From Pseudomonadota bacterium (lineage in GTDB: Bacteria > Pseudomonadota > Alphaproteobacteria > Acetobacterales > Acetobacteraceae): a stretch of DNA of 33,293 nucleotides. Every line of letters starts with the position of its first letter. Positions within the stretch are counted from its first letter, which is position 1. This document shows, one piece after another, positions 1-8,317 of this stretch. The notes below the pieces were generated by a model, which was not told the origin of the DNA, searched no databases, and was given only the letters and a program-made list of their open reading frames with translations. The stretch covers positions 1 through 33,293 of the forward strand of contig JAKAZX010000001.1 of the NCBI GenBank assembly GCA_021826485.1, written 5' to 3'. Made by a program: the position numbers and the translations under genes.

Positions 1-1
1 A

Positions 2-2260
2 GTGATGACGCCCGAAACCGCCGCGACACTGGGGATCGCGATTTCCTATCAGCATCCGGCGCTGCTGGACGATCTTTCGGTGCTGGAGAATCTGCGCGTG
101 GCGCTGCCCGCGAAGCTCTTTGCCGGCCGCCCGGTCCGCGAAACGGCGCGGGACATCCTGCGAACCATGATGCTGGACGTGCCGCTGCGCGCCCGTGGCG
201 ATTCGCTGACGGTGGCGCAGAAGCAGTTGCTGGAAATCGCCAAGGCGCTGGCGATCCGGCCGAAAGTGCTGATCCTGGACGAGCCGACCGCCTCGCTCGA
301 CCAGGAATCGACCGACATCCTGTTCCGCCGTATCCGCGAGGTGGTGCAGGCCGGCACGTCGGTGATCTACATCACTCATCGCATGGCCGAACTACGCCAG
401 ATCGCCCAACGCGTGACGGTGCTGCGCGACGGACGCGTCCAGGGCAGCGGGATGGTGCGGGACGTGACCGACCAGCATCTGCTGGGCATGATCGTCGGCC
501 GCACCCTCGGCTCGGCGTTTCCGCCCAAGGCTCCGGCAGGGCCGGCGGACGTGGTGCTGAAAGTCACGGGACTAAGCGGCCGGCGCTTTCACGACGTCGG
601 TTTCGAGGTCGCGCGCGGGCAGATCCTCGGCGTCGCCGGGGTGGCCGGCAACGGCCAGTCCGATCTGATGCGGGCGCTGGCGGGGCTGCAACCGTCGGAC
701 GGCGCGGTCGCGCTGAACGGGAAGGTGCTGACGCCGCGCGACCTGCTGCGGCACGCCGCCTTCATGCCCTCGGACCGGCATGCCGAGGGACTCGCTGCGG
801 GACTGACGGCGCGGGAGAATGCGGCGCTGGCGTCGTTGCCGAAATTCGCGACGAACGGTCTGGTCAGCCGCACGCGGGAAGTGGCGCAGGTCGGCGCGGC
901 CTTCGGCGCGCTCGCCGTCAAGGCGTCGTCGATCGATGCGCCGGTGCTCTCGCTGTCTGGCGGCAACCAGCAGAAGGTCGTCATGGCCCGCACGCTGCTG
1001 TCGGAGCCGGGGCTGATCGTGGCCGACGAGCCGACGCAGGGCGTCGATGTGGGTGCGCGGGCAGAAATCTATCGCATCCTGCGCGAAGTCTCGGCCAAAG
1101 GCACGCCGGTGATCGTCAATTCCTCCGACGCGGCGGAGCTGGAGGGGTTGTGCGACACGGTGATCGTGCTGTCGCGGGGCCATGTCGTGGAAACCCTGGC
1201 CGGTGCCGAGGTCGTCGAGGCGCGCATCGTCGCCGCCGCGGTGGGGGCCGAGACGCAGGCCGCCCATGGCGCCCCCGCTGCCGCGCCGCGCAACGGCTGG
1301 CGCCATTTCGTGCAGGCCGACAATGCGCCGGCAATCCCGCTGACCCTGGTGATCGTGGCGCTGGCCCTGTTCGGCTACAGCCAGAACCCGAACTATCTCT
1401 CGGCGTTCAACCTCGCCAACATCCTGGCACTGGCGGCCGCGCTCGGCTTCTTCGCGCTGGGACAGACGATCCCGCTGCTGCTCGCGGGCATCGACCTTTC
1501 GGTGGGGCCGCTGGCGGGATTGCTGGTGGTGATCGCGTCGTTCTTCATCAATGACGGGCAGAGCGTGGCGACGATCGCGGCGGGCTTTGCCCTGATGGCG
1601 GGCGGCGCGCTGGCAGTCGGCACAATCAACGGGCTGCTGATCCGCTACGCGAATTTCACGCCGATCGCGGCGACGCTTGCGATGTATATCGGCCTGCAGG
1701 GATGCAGCTTCCTGCTGCGCGACGGGCCGGGAGGCTATATCAACAACGACATCGTTGCCGTCATCAATGCGCAGATCGGCCCGCTGCCGGTCGCGCTGAT
1801 CGCGCTGGTGGCAGTCGCCGTGATCGGCGAGATTGCGTTGCGGCGGCTGCGGGCCGGGTGGCGGCTACGTGCCACCGGGTCGGACGAGGACGTGGCGCGC
1901 CGCATCGGCGTGCCGGTCGATCGCACCATCGTGCTCGGCTATATCGGCGCCGCGCTGCTGACCGCCGCCGGCGCGATCATGCTGATGGCGCAGATCGGCG
2001 TGGGCGACCCGCGGCAGGGCGTGAACTATACGCTGTCGAGCATCACGGCGGTGGTGCTGGGCGGCACCAGCCTGCGCGGCGGCCGGGGAACGTTTCTGGG
2101 CACCGTGCTGGGCGCGCTGCTGCTGACGGAGGTGCTGAACATCGTCGCCTTCATCGGCCTGTCGCAGACGTATCAGTACGTCTTCCAGGGCGCACTGATC
2201 CTGACCGCGGCGGTGTTGTATTCCACCGTGCGCGGCCGCGCCGCAGCGACGGCGGCCTGA
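2..2260 (+). CDS. CUT2 (ribose/monosaccharide-type) ABC importer. One polypeptide carries two nucleotide-binding domains fused to a BPD_transp_2-type permease. The 5' end is truncated by the window edge.
   Basis: Uninterrupted ORF in frame 2 with GC-rich third positions. NBD1 shows the Walker B VLILDEPTASLD. NBD2 shows the signature LSGGNQQKVVMARTL and Walker B LIVADEPTQGVDVGA. From about nt 1330 it becomes a multi-span hydrophobic RbsC-like permease (GIDLSVGPLAGLLVV, LGGTSLRGGRGTFLGT). The first residues align roughly 75 aa into RbsA-type ATPases, so the start lies upstream of the window. Confidence 0.85.
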   Translation: MMTPETAATLGIAISYQHPALLDDLSVLENLRVALPAKLFAGRPVRETARDILRTMMLDVPLRARGDSLTVAQKQLLEIAKALAIRPKVLILDEPTASLDQESTDILFRRIREVVQAGTSVIYITHRMAELRQIAQRVTVLRDGRVQGSGMVRDVTDQHLLGMIVGRTLGSAFPPKAPAGPADVVLKVTGLSGRRFHDVGFEVARGQILGVAGVAGNGQSDLMRALAGLQPSDGAVALNGKVLTPRDLLRHAAFMPSDRHAEGLAAGLTARENAALASLPKFATNGLVSRTREVAQVGAAFGALAVKASSIDAPVLSLSGGNQQKVVMARTLLSEPGLIVADEPTQGVDVGARAEIYRILREVSAKGTPVIVNSSDAAELEGLCDTVIVLSRGHVVETLAGAEVVEARIVAAAVGAETQAAHGAPAAAPRNGWRHFVQADNAPAIPLTLVIVALALFGYSQNPNYLSAFNLANILALAAALGFFALGQTIPLLLAGIDLSVGPLAGLLVVIASFFINDGQSVATIAAGFALMAGGALAVGTINGLLIRYANFTPIAATLAMYIGLQGCSFLLRDGPGGYINNDIVAVINAQIGPLPVALIALVAVAVIGEIALRRLRAGWRLRATGSDEDVARRIGVPVDRTIVLGYIGAALLTAAGAIMLMAQIGVGDPRQGVNYTLSSITAVVLGGTSLRGGRGTFLGTVLGALLLTEVLNIVAFIGLSQTYQYVFQGALILTAAVLYSTVRGRAAATAA

Positions 2261-3997
2261 TCAGGCGGCAAGCGTATCCCGCGGCGTCGCACGCTCGCGG
2301 ATGCAGCGATACGCGGCAGCCTCGGCATCCGCCAGGGCGCGCTTCGGCGGCTTGTCTTCGAAGACGGCCGCGAACACCTCGTTGCCGAGGATGCGCTCGA
2401 TCTCGATATACTCGCGCACCGGGGGCCGGGACCAGGTGTTCAGTTCATTGCGCCGGGCCATGCGGTCCACGAAGCTGACGATCGGCGAGGAGGCGAGCGC
2501 CTCCGGATCGGCGCAGACGGAGAACCGCGGCGCGACGGGGAAGCCGTTCTTGACGTGCGCCTTCATCGCTTCGGGCGACGCCATCCAGGCGATGGCATTG
2601 ACGATCTCGCGCTTGCGGTCGGCGCTCACATAGGTCGGGATGGTCAGCAGGAAGCCCCCCACGGGCGCCGTCGCCTGGCGTCCCTTCAGCACCGGCGGCG
2701 TCAGGTAGGTCACCCGCCGCTTCACGCGCGAACTCAGCTCGTGTTCCAGCCGCGCGGCGCGCATGGTCCACGCGTAGCTCATCGCCGCGTGGCCGGACAT
2801 GAAGCAGTCCAGGTTGCGCTCGGCATCGAACGTCTCGACCCCCGGTGGCGAGACCTCGGCCAACTGGCGCATGTAGTGCAGCGCCGCCAGCCCCTCCTCG
2901 CTGTTGATGCGCAGTTGCAGGTTCTGCGTGTCCAGGGCATCCAGCCAGTTCTCCGTCCGGCGCGGCAGTTCCAGCACCGAACCCTGCGAGGAGGCCAGGA
3001 AGAACATGAAGGCGTGCGCGATGGTCATGCCCCGCGCGCCATTCCAACTGATGCCGTACTGCTGGCGCTCGGGCCGGTGCAGCGCGCGGGCGGCGGCGAT
3101 CGTCTCCTCGAACGTCCGCGGATACGCGAGTTGCGCCGCCTCGAACAGATCGCGGCGCGCGGTGAGGATTTCCACCGTGCAGTAGATGGGAATCCCGTAT
3201 TGCCGCCCGTTCCATCGCCCGGTGGCCCAGACCGAGGGATGGAAATCCAGCGGATTGATCGGGACATGCGGCAATACGCCGTCCAGAGGTGCCAGCAGCC
3301 CGGCATCGGCGAACCGGCCGAGCCAGGGCATATTGACGGCGACCACGTCATAGGCCGTTGCGGGGTCGCTCAGCGCGATTTCGGCCTGCGTCAGCAATTC
3401 CGGCAGCGGGCGCAGATCGAAGCTGCTCTTGCGGCCGATATCGTTGCGAAAGTCCGACCACATGTTGCGCATGCTGGCGAAGTAATTGTCGTCGTGCAGC
3501 AGGAAATGGAGGTTTCGGAGGGCGGCGGAGCTGATCTCGCCACCCTGCAGCGGCGCGATGATGTGGGCAGCGAAATACGAGCCGCCGAAATAATACTCGT
3601 CGGTCTCGGCACCCGATCGCAGACCGAAGGTCTTCGCGAGGTGCGCCTTCACCTTCGTCGCATAGTCGATGAACTCGTTCACCAGCCGGTCGCTGGGGAC
3701 AAGGAAGCAGGTCTTGTGCTTCGGCCCGCGCGGCACACGGTCGATCAGCCCCTTGTCGATCATCCGCGTGATCAGCCGGTTGCCGGTTCCCCAGCTTGCC
3801 TTCGACAGCTCGATCATCGTCGACATATCGACCGGCCGCTGCTGCAGATGGCTGTCGATCAGCTCCAGCACCATGTTCCAGTAGATGTCGGGCTTCGCAT
3901 CCGGGATGCCGGCATCGAAGGGCTGGCGAATCTTGCGCAGGAAGTCGATCACGCGCGACAGCTCGTGGTCGGACAGGTTTCGGGTCGATCGTGTCAT
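2261..3997 (-). CDS. Putative cytoplasmic transcriptional regulator: N-terminal MarR-like winged-helix domain fused to a family-1 extracellular-solute-binding-protein (SBP_bac_1-like) domain. No signal peptide.
   Basis: ATG at 3997-3995 is preceded by the SD GGGAGGGAGGG (4001-4010 on the + strand). The N-terminus YWNMVLELIDSHLQQRPVDMSTMIELSKASWGTGNRLITRMIDKGLIDRVPRGPKHKTCFLVPSD has the MarR wHTH pattern. The remaining ~450 aa carry sugar-SBP hallmarks (YDVVAVNMPWLGRFADAGLLAPLDG, WNGRQYGIPIYCTVEILTARRDLF). The upstream part of the 765-aa track ORF overlaps the neighbouring gene in another frame and is Arg/Gly-rich shadow sequence. Confidence 0.8.
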   Translation of the reverse strand: MTRSTRNLSDHELSRVIDFLRKIRQPFDAGIPDAKPDIYWNMVLELIDSHLQQRPVDMSTMIELSKASWGTGNRLITRMIDKGLIDRVPRGPKHKTCFLVPSDRLVNEFIDYATKVKAHLAKTFGLRSGAETDEYYFGGSYFAAHIIAPLQGGEISSAALRNLHFLLHDDNYFASMRNMWSDFRNDIGRKSSFDLRPLPELLTQAEIALSDPATAYDVVAVNMPWLGRFADAGLLAPLDGVLPHVPINPLDFHPSVWATGRWNGRQYGIPIYCTVEILTARRDLFEAAQLAYPRTFEETIAAARALHRPERQQYGISWNGARGMTIAHAFMFFLASSQGSVLELPRRTENWLDALDTQNLQLRINSEEGLAALHYMRQLAEVSPPGVETFDAERNLDCFMSGHAAMSYAWTMRAARLEHELSSRVKRRVTYLTPPVLKGRQATAPVGGFLLTIPTYVSADRKREIVNAIAWMASPEAMKAHVKNGFPVAPRFSVCADPEALASSPIVSFVDRMARRNELNTWSRPPVREYIEIERILGNEVFAAVFEDKPPKRALADAEAAAYRCIRERATPRDTLAA

Positions 3998-4023
3998 GTC
4001 CCTCCCTCCCGCGCGTGGCGGTG

Positions 4024-4941
4024 TCAGGCGTTCATGTCGAGCCCGCACGCCATGCGCATCCACTCCACCAGCGCGAAGAAGTCCTTCTCCGCATAGCCGG
4101 CATTGGCCGCCGCGGTATACTGTTGCAGGATCAGGTTGGTGGCGAACATCGGCACGTGCTGGGTGCGCCCGGCCTCGGTGATCAGGGTGAAATCCTTGCG
4201 CATCTGCACGACGGAGAAGGCGGGGCTGAAATCGCGCTGGGCGATCATGTCCTGCTTGTAGCGGATCAGCGGCGAGGCGACGGCGCTGTCGGCGATCACC
4301 GACATCATCTGCTGGTCGCTGAGACCGCCGGTCGCGCCGAGCGCCAGCGCCTCCGCAAGGATAGCGGACGTGGCGCCGACCAGCGTGTTCAGCACCAGCT
4401 TCATGTAGCGCGCCTCCTCCCCGGGACCGAGGAAGAATTTCTGGGTAGTGAGCAGGTCGAGGAACGGGGCGGCCGTTTCCCATGCCGCGGCGTCGCCGGA
4501 GGCAAGTGCCGTCAGCGATCCCGCCCGCGCCAGCGCGGTGCTGCCGGAAATCGGGCACCGCAGATAGCCCACGCCGCGGCGGGCAAGGTCGTCCGCCACG
4601 CGCCGCGATACGTCGGGGGAAACGGTGCTCATCTCGACCAGCACCGCGCGGGCGCTGACGCGGGTGAGGAAATTGCCGCGCTCCTCGGCGCTGTACACCA
4701 CCTCCTGCAGAACGGCGTCGTTCGGTATCGTGGAGAAGATCAGGCCACAGTTTGCCGCGAGGTCGCCGGCCGTGGCCGCCACCTGCGCACCGCGCGCAAC
4801 CAGGCTGGCCCGGTTCTCGGCAACTGGGTCGCAGATGGTCAGCCGATATCCCGCCTCCAGTAAGCGCGTTGCCATCGGGTTGCCCATTTTCCCTACGCCG
4901 ATCCAGCCGATGCCAGCCCCGATGCCCTCAGCCTTTGCCAC
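4024..4941 (-). CDS. NAD(P)-dependent beta-hydroxyacid dehydrogenase (3-hydroxyisobutyrate / tartronate-semialdehyde reductase family)
   Basis: Rossmann motif IGWIGVGKMGNPMATRLLEAGYRLTICD near the N-terminus and a 6PGDH-like C-terminal helical domain. The ORF opens at a TTG (5019). I prefer the GTG at 4941, which has AGGGG six nt upstream and puts the GxGxxG motif at the usual distance from the start. Start is uncertain (4941 vs 5019). Confidence 0.8.
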   Translation of the reverse strand: MAKAEGIGAGIGWIGVGKMGNPMATRLLEAGYRLTICDPVAENRASLVARGAQVAATAGDLAANCGLIFSTIPNDAVLQEVVYSAEERGNFLTRVSARAVLVEMSTVSPDVSRRVADDLARRGVGYLRCPISGSTALARAGSLTALASGDAAAWETAAPFLDLLTTQKFFLGPGEEARYMKLVLNTLVGATSAILAEALALGATGGLSDQQMMSVIADSAVASPLIRYKQDMIAQRDFSPAFSVVQMRKDFTLITEAGRTQHVPMFATNLILQQYTAAANAGYAEKDFFALVEWMRMACGLDMNA

Positions 4942-5010
4942 GACGAACCCCTGGATGATTGCCCTGCGACCCCGCAGACTACCTGCCCGCAACCCCCTGC
5001 GCGAGCGTGA

Positions 5011-5029
5011 TTCATCCAAACTGGATGAA
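5011..5029. promoter_or_regulatory. Perfect 8-N3-8 inverted repeat TTCATCCA-AAC-TGGATGAA in a divergent promoter region. Candidate operator.
   Basis: Read directly from the sequence. The arms are exact reverse complements. It lies in the locally AT-richer gap between the minus-strand dehydrogenase/wHTH-SBP pair and the plus-strand ADH operon. A second small inverted repeat AAATT-GGGG-AATTT follows at 5028-5041, and a half-site-like TTCATTCA at 5064-5071. Confidence 0.45.
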
Positions 5030-5193
5030 ATTGGGGAATTTGCACAAGACCGCTCTGCTAGAGTTCATTCATACCGAGGCTATCTCGGGGAGTGGGGGCG
5101 CCCGATCGTCCGCCGCACGGTTGAATTGCGCGTGATCGCGTCCGGCCGCCCCGCCCTGTCGGATAATGCCGCGGAACCGGAGAGGACACGACC

Positions 5194-6261
5194 ATGCGCG
5201 CCGTTCGCTTCCACGCTGCCCGGGATATCCGTGTCGAGGACGTTGCCCCGCCACCGGATGCTCTGGGCGCGGACGATGTGCTGATCGAACCGTTCTGCAC
5301 CGGCATCTGCGGCACCGACCTGCACGAATACGTCGCGGGCCCGATCGTCACCCCGGTGGCGCCCCATGTGTTCACCGGCGCCACCAACCCGCAAATTCTC
5401 GGACACGAGTTTTCCGCCCGGGTCAAGAAGGTGGGAGCGGCTGTCCGCCACGTGACGCCGGGCGACCGCATCTCCATCCAGCCGCTGCTGTTCCCGCGCG
5501 ACGACTATTACGGCAAGCGCGGGCTGTATCACCTGTCGCCGAAAATGGGCTGCGTGGGACTGAGCTGGGCCTGGGGCGGGATGGCGGAGCAGGCGGTGAT
5601 CAAGGACTACAATGCCCAGCCGATCCCCGATGCCCTGACCGATGAGCAGGCGGCGATGATCGAGCCGGCGGCGGTGGCGATGTACGGCGTGGACCGCGGG
5701 GGCGTGCAGGCCGGTTCGACCGTGCTAATCTCGGGCGTGGGGCCGATCGGCGCGCTGACGGTGCTGGCGGCCAAGGCTGCCGGAGCGGCGCTGATCATTG
5801 TGGCCGAACCGAACCCCAACCGCCGCCGCATGATCGCGGAGATTGCGCCCGGCGTCGTTACCGTCGATCCGCGGTCACAGGATTTGCAGGAGGTCGTGCG
5901 CGATCTGACCGAAGAAGGCGTGGGCGTCGATGTGGCCCTCGAATGCGTCGGGCTGGAGGCGTCGCTGAATGCATGCTCGAACGCGGTGCGGCGCCAGGGC
6001 CGGGTGGTGCAGGTTGGCCTGCACGTCAAGCGCGCCAGCATCGATGCCATGCAATGGGCGCTGAAGGACCTGACGCTGGAGGCAACCTGGTGCTACCCGG
6101 TGCAGGTCTGGCCGCGCATCGCCCGGCTGATCGCCTCCGGCGCCTTTCCGGTGGAAAAGGTGATCACCGCACGCATCGATGCGGCCGACGTCGTGGCGAA
6201 GGGGTTCGAGGCACTGCTCGACCCCGCCGGGAATCATCTCAAGATTCTCGTGCGGACCTGA
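5194..6261 (+). CDS. Zn-dependent medium-chain alcohol/polyol dehydrogenase (2,3-butanediol / sorbitol dehydrogenase-like)
   Basis: ATG preceded by GGAGAGGA. Catalytic zinc motifs CGTDLHEY and GHEFSARV. Rossmann motif SGVGPIGALTVLAAKAAGA. Confidence 0.9.
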   Translation: MRAVRFHAARDIRVEDVAPPPDALGADDVLIEPFCTGICGTDLHEYVAGPIVTPVAPHVFTGATNPQILGHEFSARVKKVGAAVRHVTPGDRISIQPLLFPRDDYYGKRGLYHLSPKMGCVGLSWAWGGMAEQAVIKDYNAQPIPDALTDEQAAMIEPAAVAMYGVDRGGVQAGSTVLISGVGPIGALTVLAAKAAGAALIIVAEPNPNRRRMIAEIAPGVVTVDPRSQDLQEVVRDLTEEGVGVDVALECVGLEASLNACSNAVRRQGRVVQVGLHVKRASIDAMQWALKDLTLEATWCYPVQVWPRIARLIASGAFPVEKVITARIDAADVVAKGFEALLDPAGNHLKILVRT

Positions 6262-6417
6262 GCTTCTGGCGACCGGTGCCGCTTCCGGGGCGGACCGCGT
6301 CGTGCCGCACGGCGGCGGATTGACCATCGGGTTGGAAATCTGCATGGCACAGCGCAGTTTATGCGCCGATGGAGCGGGCCTGGGCCGGGATGCGGCCGGA
6401 ATGAGAAGGGACCATTG

Positions 6418-7257
6418 ATGAGGTACTTCACTGAGGCGAATTCGATCGAGGTGGTGAATGCCCGTATCGACGATTCCGCATCGCCGCGACTCCGCCAGGT
6501 GATGACCGCGCTGGTCCGGCACCTCCACGATTTCGTCCGGGAGGTTGAGCTGACGCAGGAGGAGTGGGACATCGCCATCGATTTCCTGACCAGGACCGGC
6601 CAGATGTGCAGCGAGCAGCGGCAGGAGTTCATCCTTCTGTCCGACGTCCTCGGCGTCTCCATGCTGACCGATGCGATCAACAACCGCCGCCCGCCGGGCG
6701 CCACCGAAAACACGGTCTTCGGACCGTTCCACGTCGCCGATGCGCCGATGCGGCAGATGGGCGACAGCATCACCCTGGACGGCAAGGGCGAGACCTGCCT
6801 CTATGTCGGCCGGGTGCTCGATCTGGACGGCAATCCGGTCGCGGGGGCGCATATCGACGTATGGTCGGACAATGCCGAGGGCTTTTACTCCGTCCAGCAG
6901 CCCGGTATCCAGGAGAAGTGGAACAACCGCGGCATTTTCGTGACCGGGGCGGACGGGAAGTACGAATTCATCGGCATCAAGCCCGTCAGCTACCCGATCC
7001 CGGACGACGGCCCGGTGGGCAAGCTGCTTGCGGCACTGGGACGCCATCCGCACCGTCCGGCGCACATGCACTTCCTGGTGACGGCGCCCGGCTATCAGCG
7101 GCTCGTCACGCATACGTTCGTTGGGGACGATCCGTGGATCGAGTCCGATGCGGTCTTCGGCGTGAAATCGACCTTGATCGCGCCGTTCGAGAAGGTGCGC
7201 GACGGCCGGACGGCGTGGCGTTCCCACTATGACTTCGTGCTGACACCCCTGGGATAG
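6418..7257 (+). CDS. Intradiol ring-cleavage dioxygenase, hydroxyquinol 1,2-dioxygenase / catechol 1,2-dioxygenase family
   Basis: ATG at 6418 follows GAGAAGGG. The N-terminal dioxygenase_N-type helix region is SPRLRQVMTALVRHLHDFVREVELTQEEWDIAIDFL. The C-terminal core carries the His-x-His iron ligands in HRPAHMHFLVTAPGY and Tyr-containing segments (NAEGFYSV, KPVSYPIP). Confidence 0.88.
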   Translation: MRYFTEANSIEVVNARIDDSASPRLRQVMTALVRHLHDFVREVELTQEEWDIAIDFLTRTGQMCSEQRQEFILLSDVLGVSMLTDAINNRRPPGATENTVFGPFHVADAPMRQMGDSITLDGKGETCLYVGRVLDLDGNPVAGAHIDVWSDNAEGFYSVQQPGIQEKWNNRGIFVTGADGKYEFIGIKPVSYPIPDDGPVGKLLAALGRHPHRPAHMHFLVTAPGYQRLVTHTFVGDDPWIESDAVFGVKSTLIAPFEKVRDGRTAWRSHYDFVLTPLG

Positions 7258-7363
7258 TCGTCCCGCTGCGGCCGGCGGATCGCGACATTGGGTGAAGCTG
7301 GCGCCGGCCGCCGGCGTCAATGATGGCGCCGCGTGATCTGTGGCAGGGAGGTTCCAGGGAGCG

Positions 7364-8317
7364 ATGCCAATCCGCGTCGGTGTCGTCGGGACGGCCTATT
7401 GGGCCCGCGAAGTGCACGTGCCGGGCCTGTTGCAGGCGGGCGGCATGGACCTCATCGGCGTATGGGGGCGCAACGCGACGATCGCCGGCGAGGTGGCGGA
7501 GCGCTACGCCATTCCCAGCTTCCCGACTTTCGAGGCAATGCTGTCCGCAGTCGACGCGCTGACCATAGCGGTCCCGCCGGAGGTGCAGGCCGAACTCGGC
7601 ATGCGCGCGGCGGCGGCCGGCAAGCACGTGATCTTCGAGAAGCCGTTGGCAACGAGTGCGGCCGCGGCACAGGCCATTGCCGACGAAATGGCGCGCCAGC
7701 GGCGCACAGGGCTGGTGTTCTTCACCCGCCGCTTCGACCCGGCGACGGCTGCCGCGATCGATGCCGCGCGGGGTCGTGCATGGCAGCGCGCGAATGTCGT
7801 GGTGCATTCGTCGGCACTGACCGGTGATACCCCGTACATCGATTCGGCCTGGCGGAAGCAGCGTGGCGCACTGTGGGACATCGGTCCGCATGTGCTGTCC
7901 ATGCTGATCCCGTTGCTCGGACCTGTCGATCATGTCTCCGCCGAGGTTCATCCGGACGGTGGCTGCATGCTGCGCACCGTGCATCGGGATGGTGCCAGCG
8001 CCCAGGCATCCCTGACGCTGCGCGCGCAACCGGGCACCGAACAGACCCGCTACCACTTCGTCTCGCCCACGGACGAGTTGGCATTTCCCGAGGGCGAGAG
8101 CGACCGTGCGGCGACGTTCCGCCGGGCCGCTGAGGTGCTTGCCGCGATGATCGCGGCCGGTGAGGTCACCCATGATTGCGATGTGCGGTTCGGCGCCACC
8201 GTCGTCAGAGTGCTGGAAGCGGCAGAGGAAAGTGCAAACCGGGGCGCGCCGGTTGCAATCGGGGCCGATCAGGCGGCTACCATGTCCCGCGGAACTGCGG
8301 CGGACGCTTTTCGATGA
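7364..8317 (+). CDS. Gfo/Idh/MocA family NAD(P)-dependent oxidoreductase
   Basis: N-terminal Rossmann IRVGVVGTAYWAREVH and the family EKP motif in KHVIFEKPLATS. ATG at 7364 is preferred (GGGAGG 12 nt upstream). A GTG at 7340 is an alternative. The 3' end overlaps the convergent crotonase gene. Confidence 0.85.
   Translation: MPIRVGVVGTAYWAREVHVPGLLQAGGMDLIGVWGRNATIAGEVAERYAIPSFPTFEAMLSAVDALTIAVPPEVQAELGMRAAAAGKHVIFEKPLATSAAAAQAIADEMARQRRTGLVFFTRRFDPATAAAIDAARGRAWQRANVVVHSSALTGDTPYIDSAWRKQRGALWDIGPHVLSMLIPLLGPVDHVSAEVHPDGGCMLRTVHRDGASAQASLTLRAQPGTEQTRYHFVSPTDELAFPEGESDRAATFRRAAEVLAAMIAAGEVTHDCDVRFGATVVRVLEAAEESANRGAPVAIGADQAATMSRGTAADAFR

Noticed and set aside
2261-4558. The 765-aa ORF suggests a much longer regulator extending upstream to 4558.
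   Set aside because: The extra ~187 N-terminal residues are Arg/Gly/Ala/Pro-rich. They overlap the well-supported dehydrogenase gene (4024-4941) in a different frame on the same strand. A strong SD (GGGAGGGAGGG) precedes the internal ATG at 3997, where the wHTH domain begins.
5875-7320. Other long shadow ORFs: 5875-7320 (-), 7106-8173 (-), 8160-9251 (+), 10494-11900 (-), 12275-13666 (+), 13892-15115 (+), 14980-16368 (+), 16877-18034 (+), 18242-19345 (-), 22579-23976 (+) and 28331-30313 (+).
   Set aside because: All overlap CDSs that carry clear family motifs. All show the Arg/Gly/Pro/Ala-rich low-complexity translations expected from non-coding frames in very GC-rich DNA.
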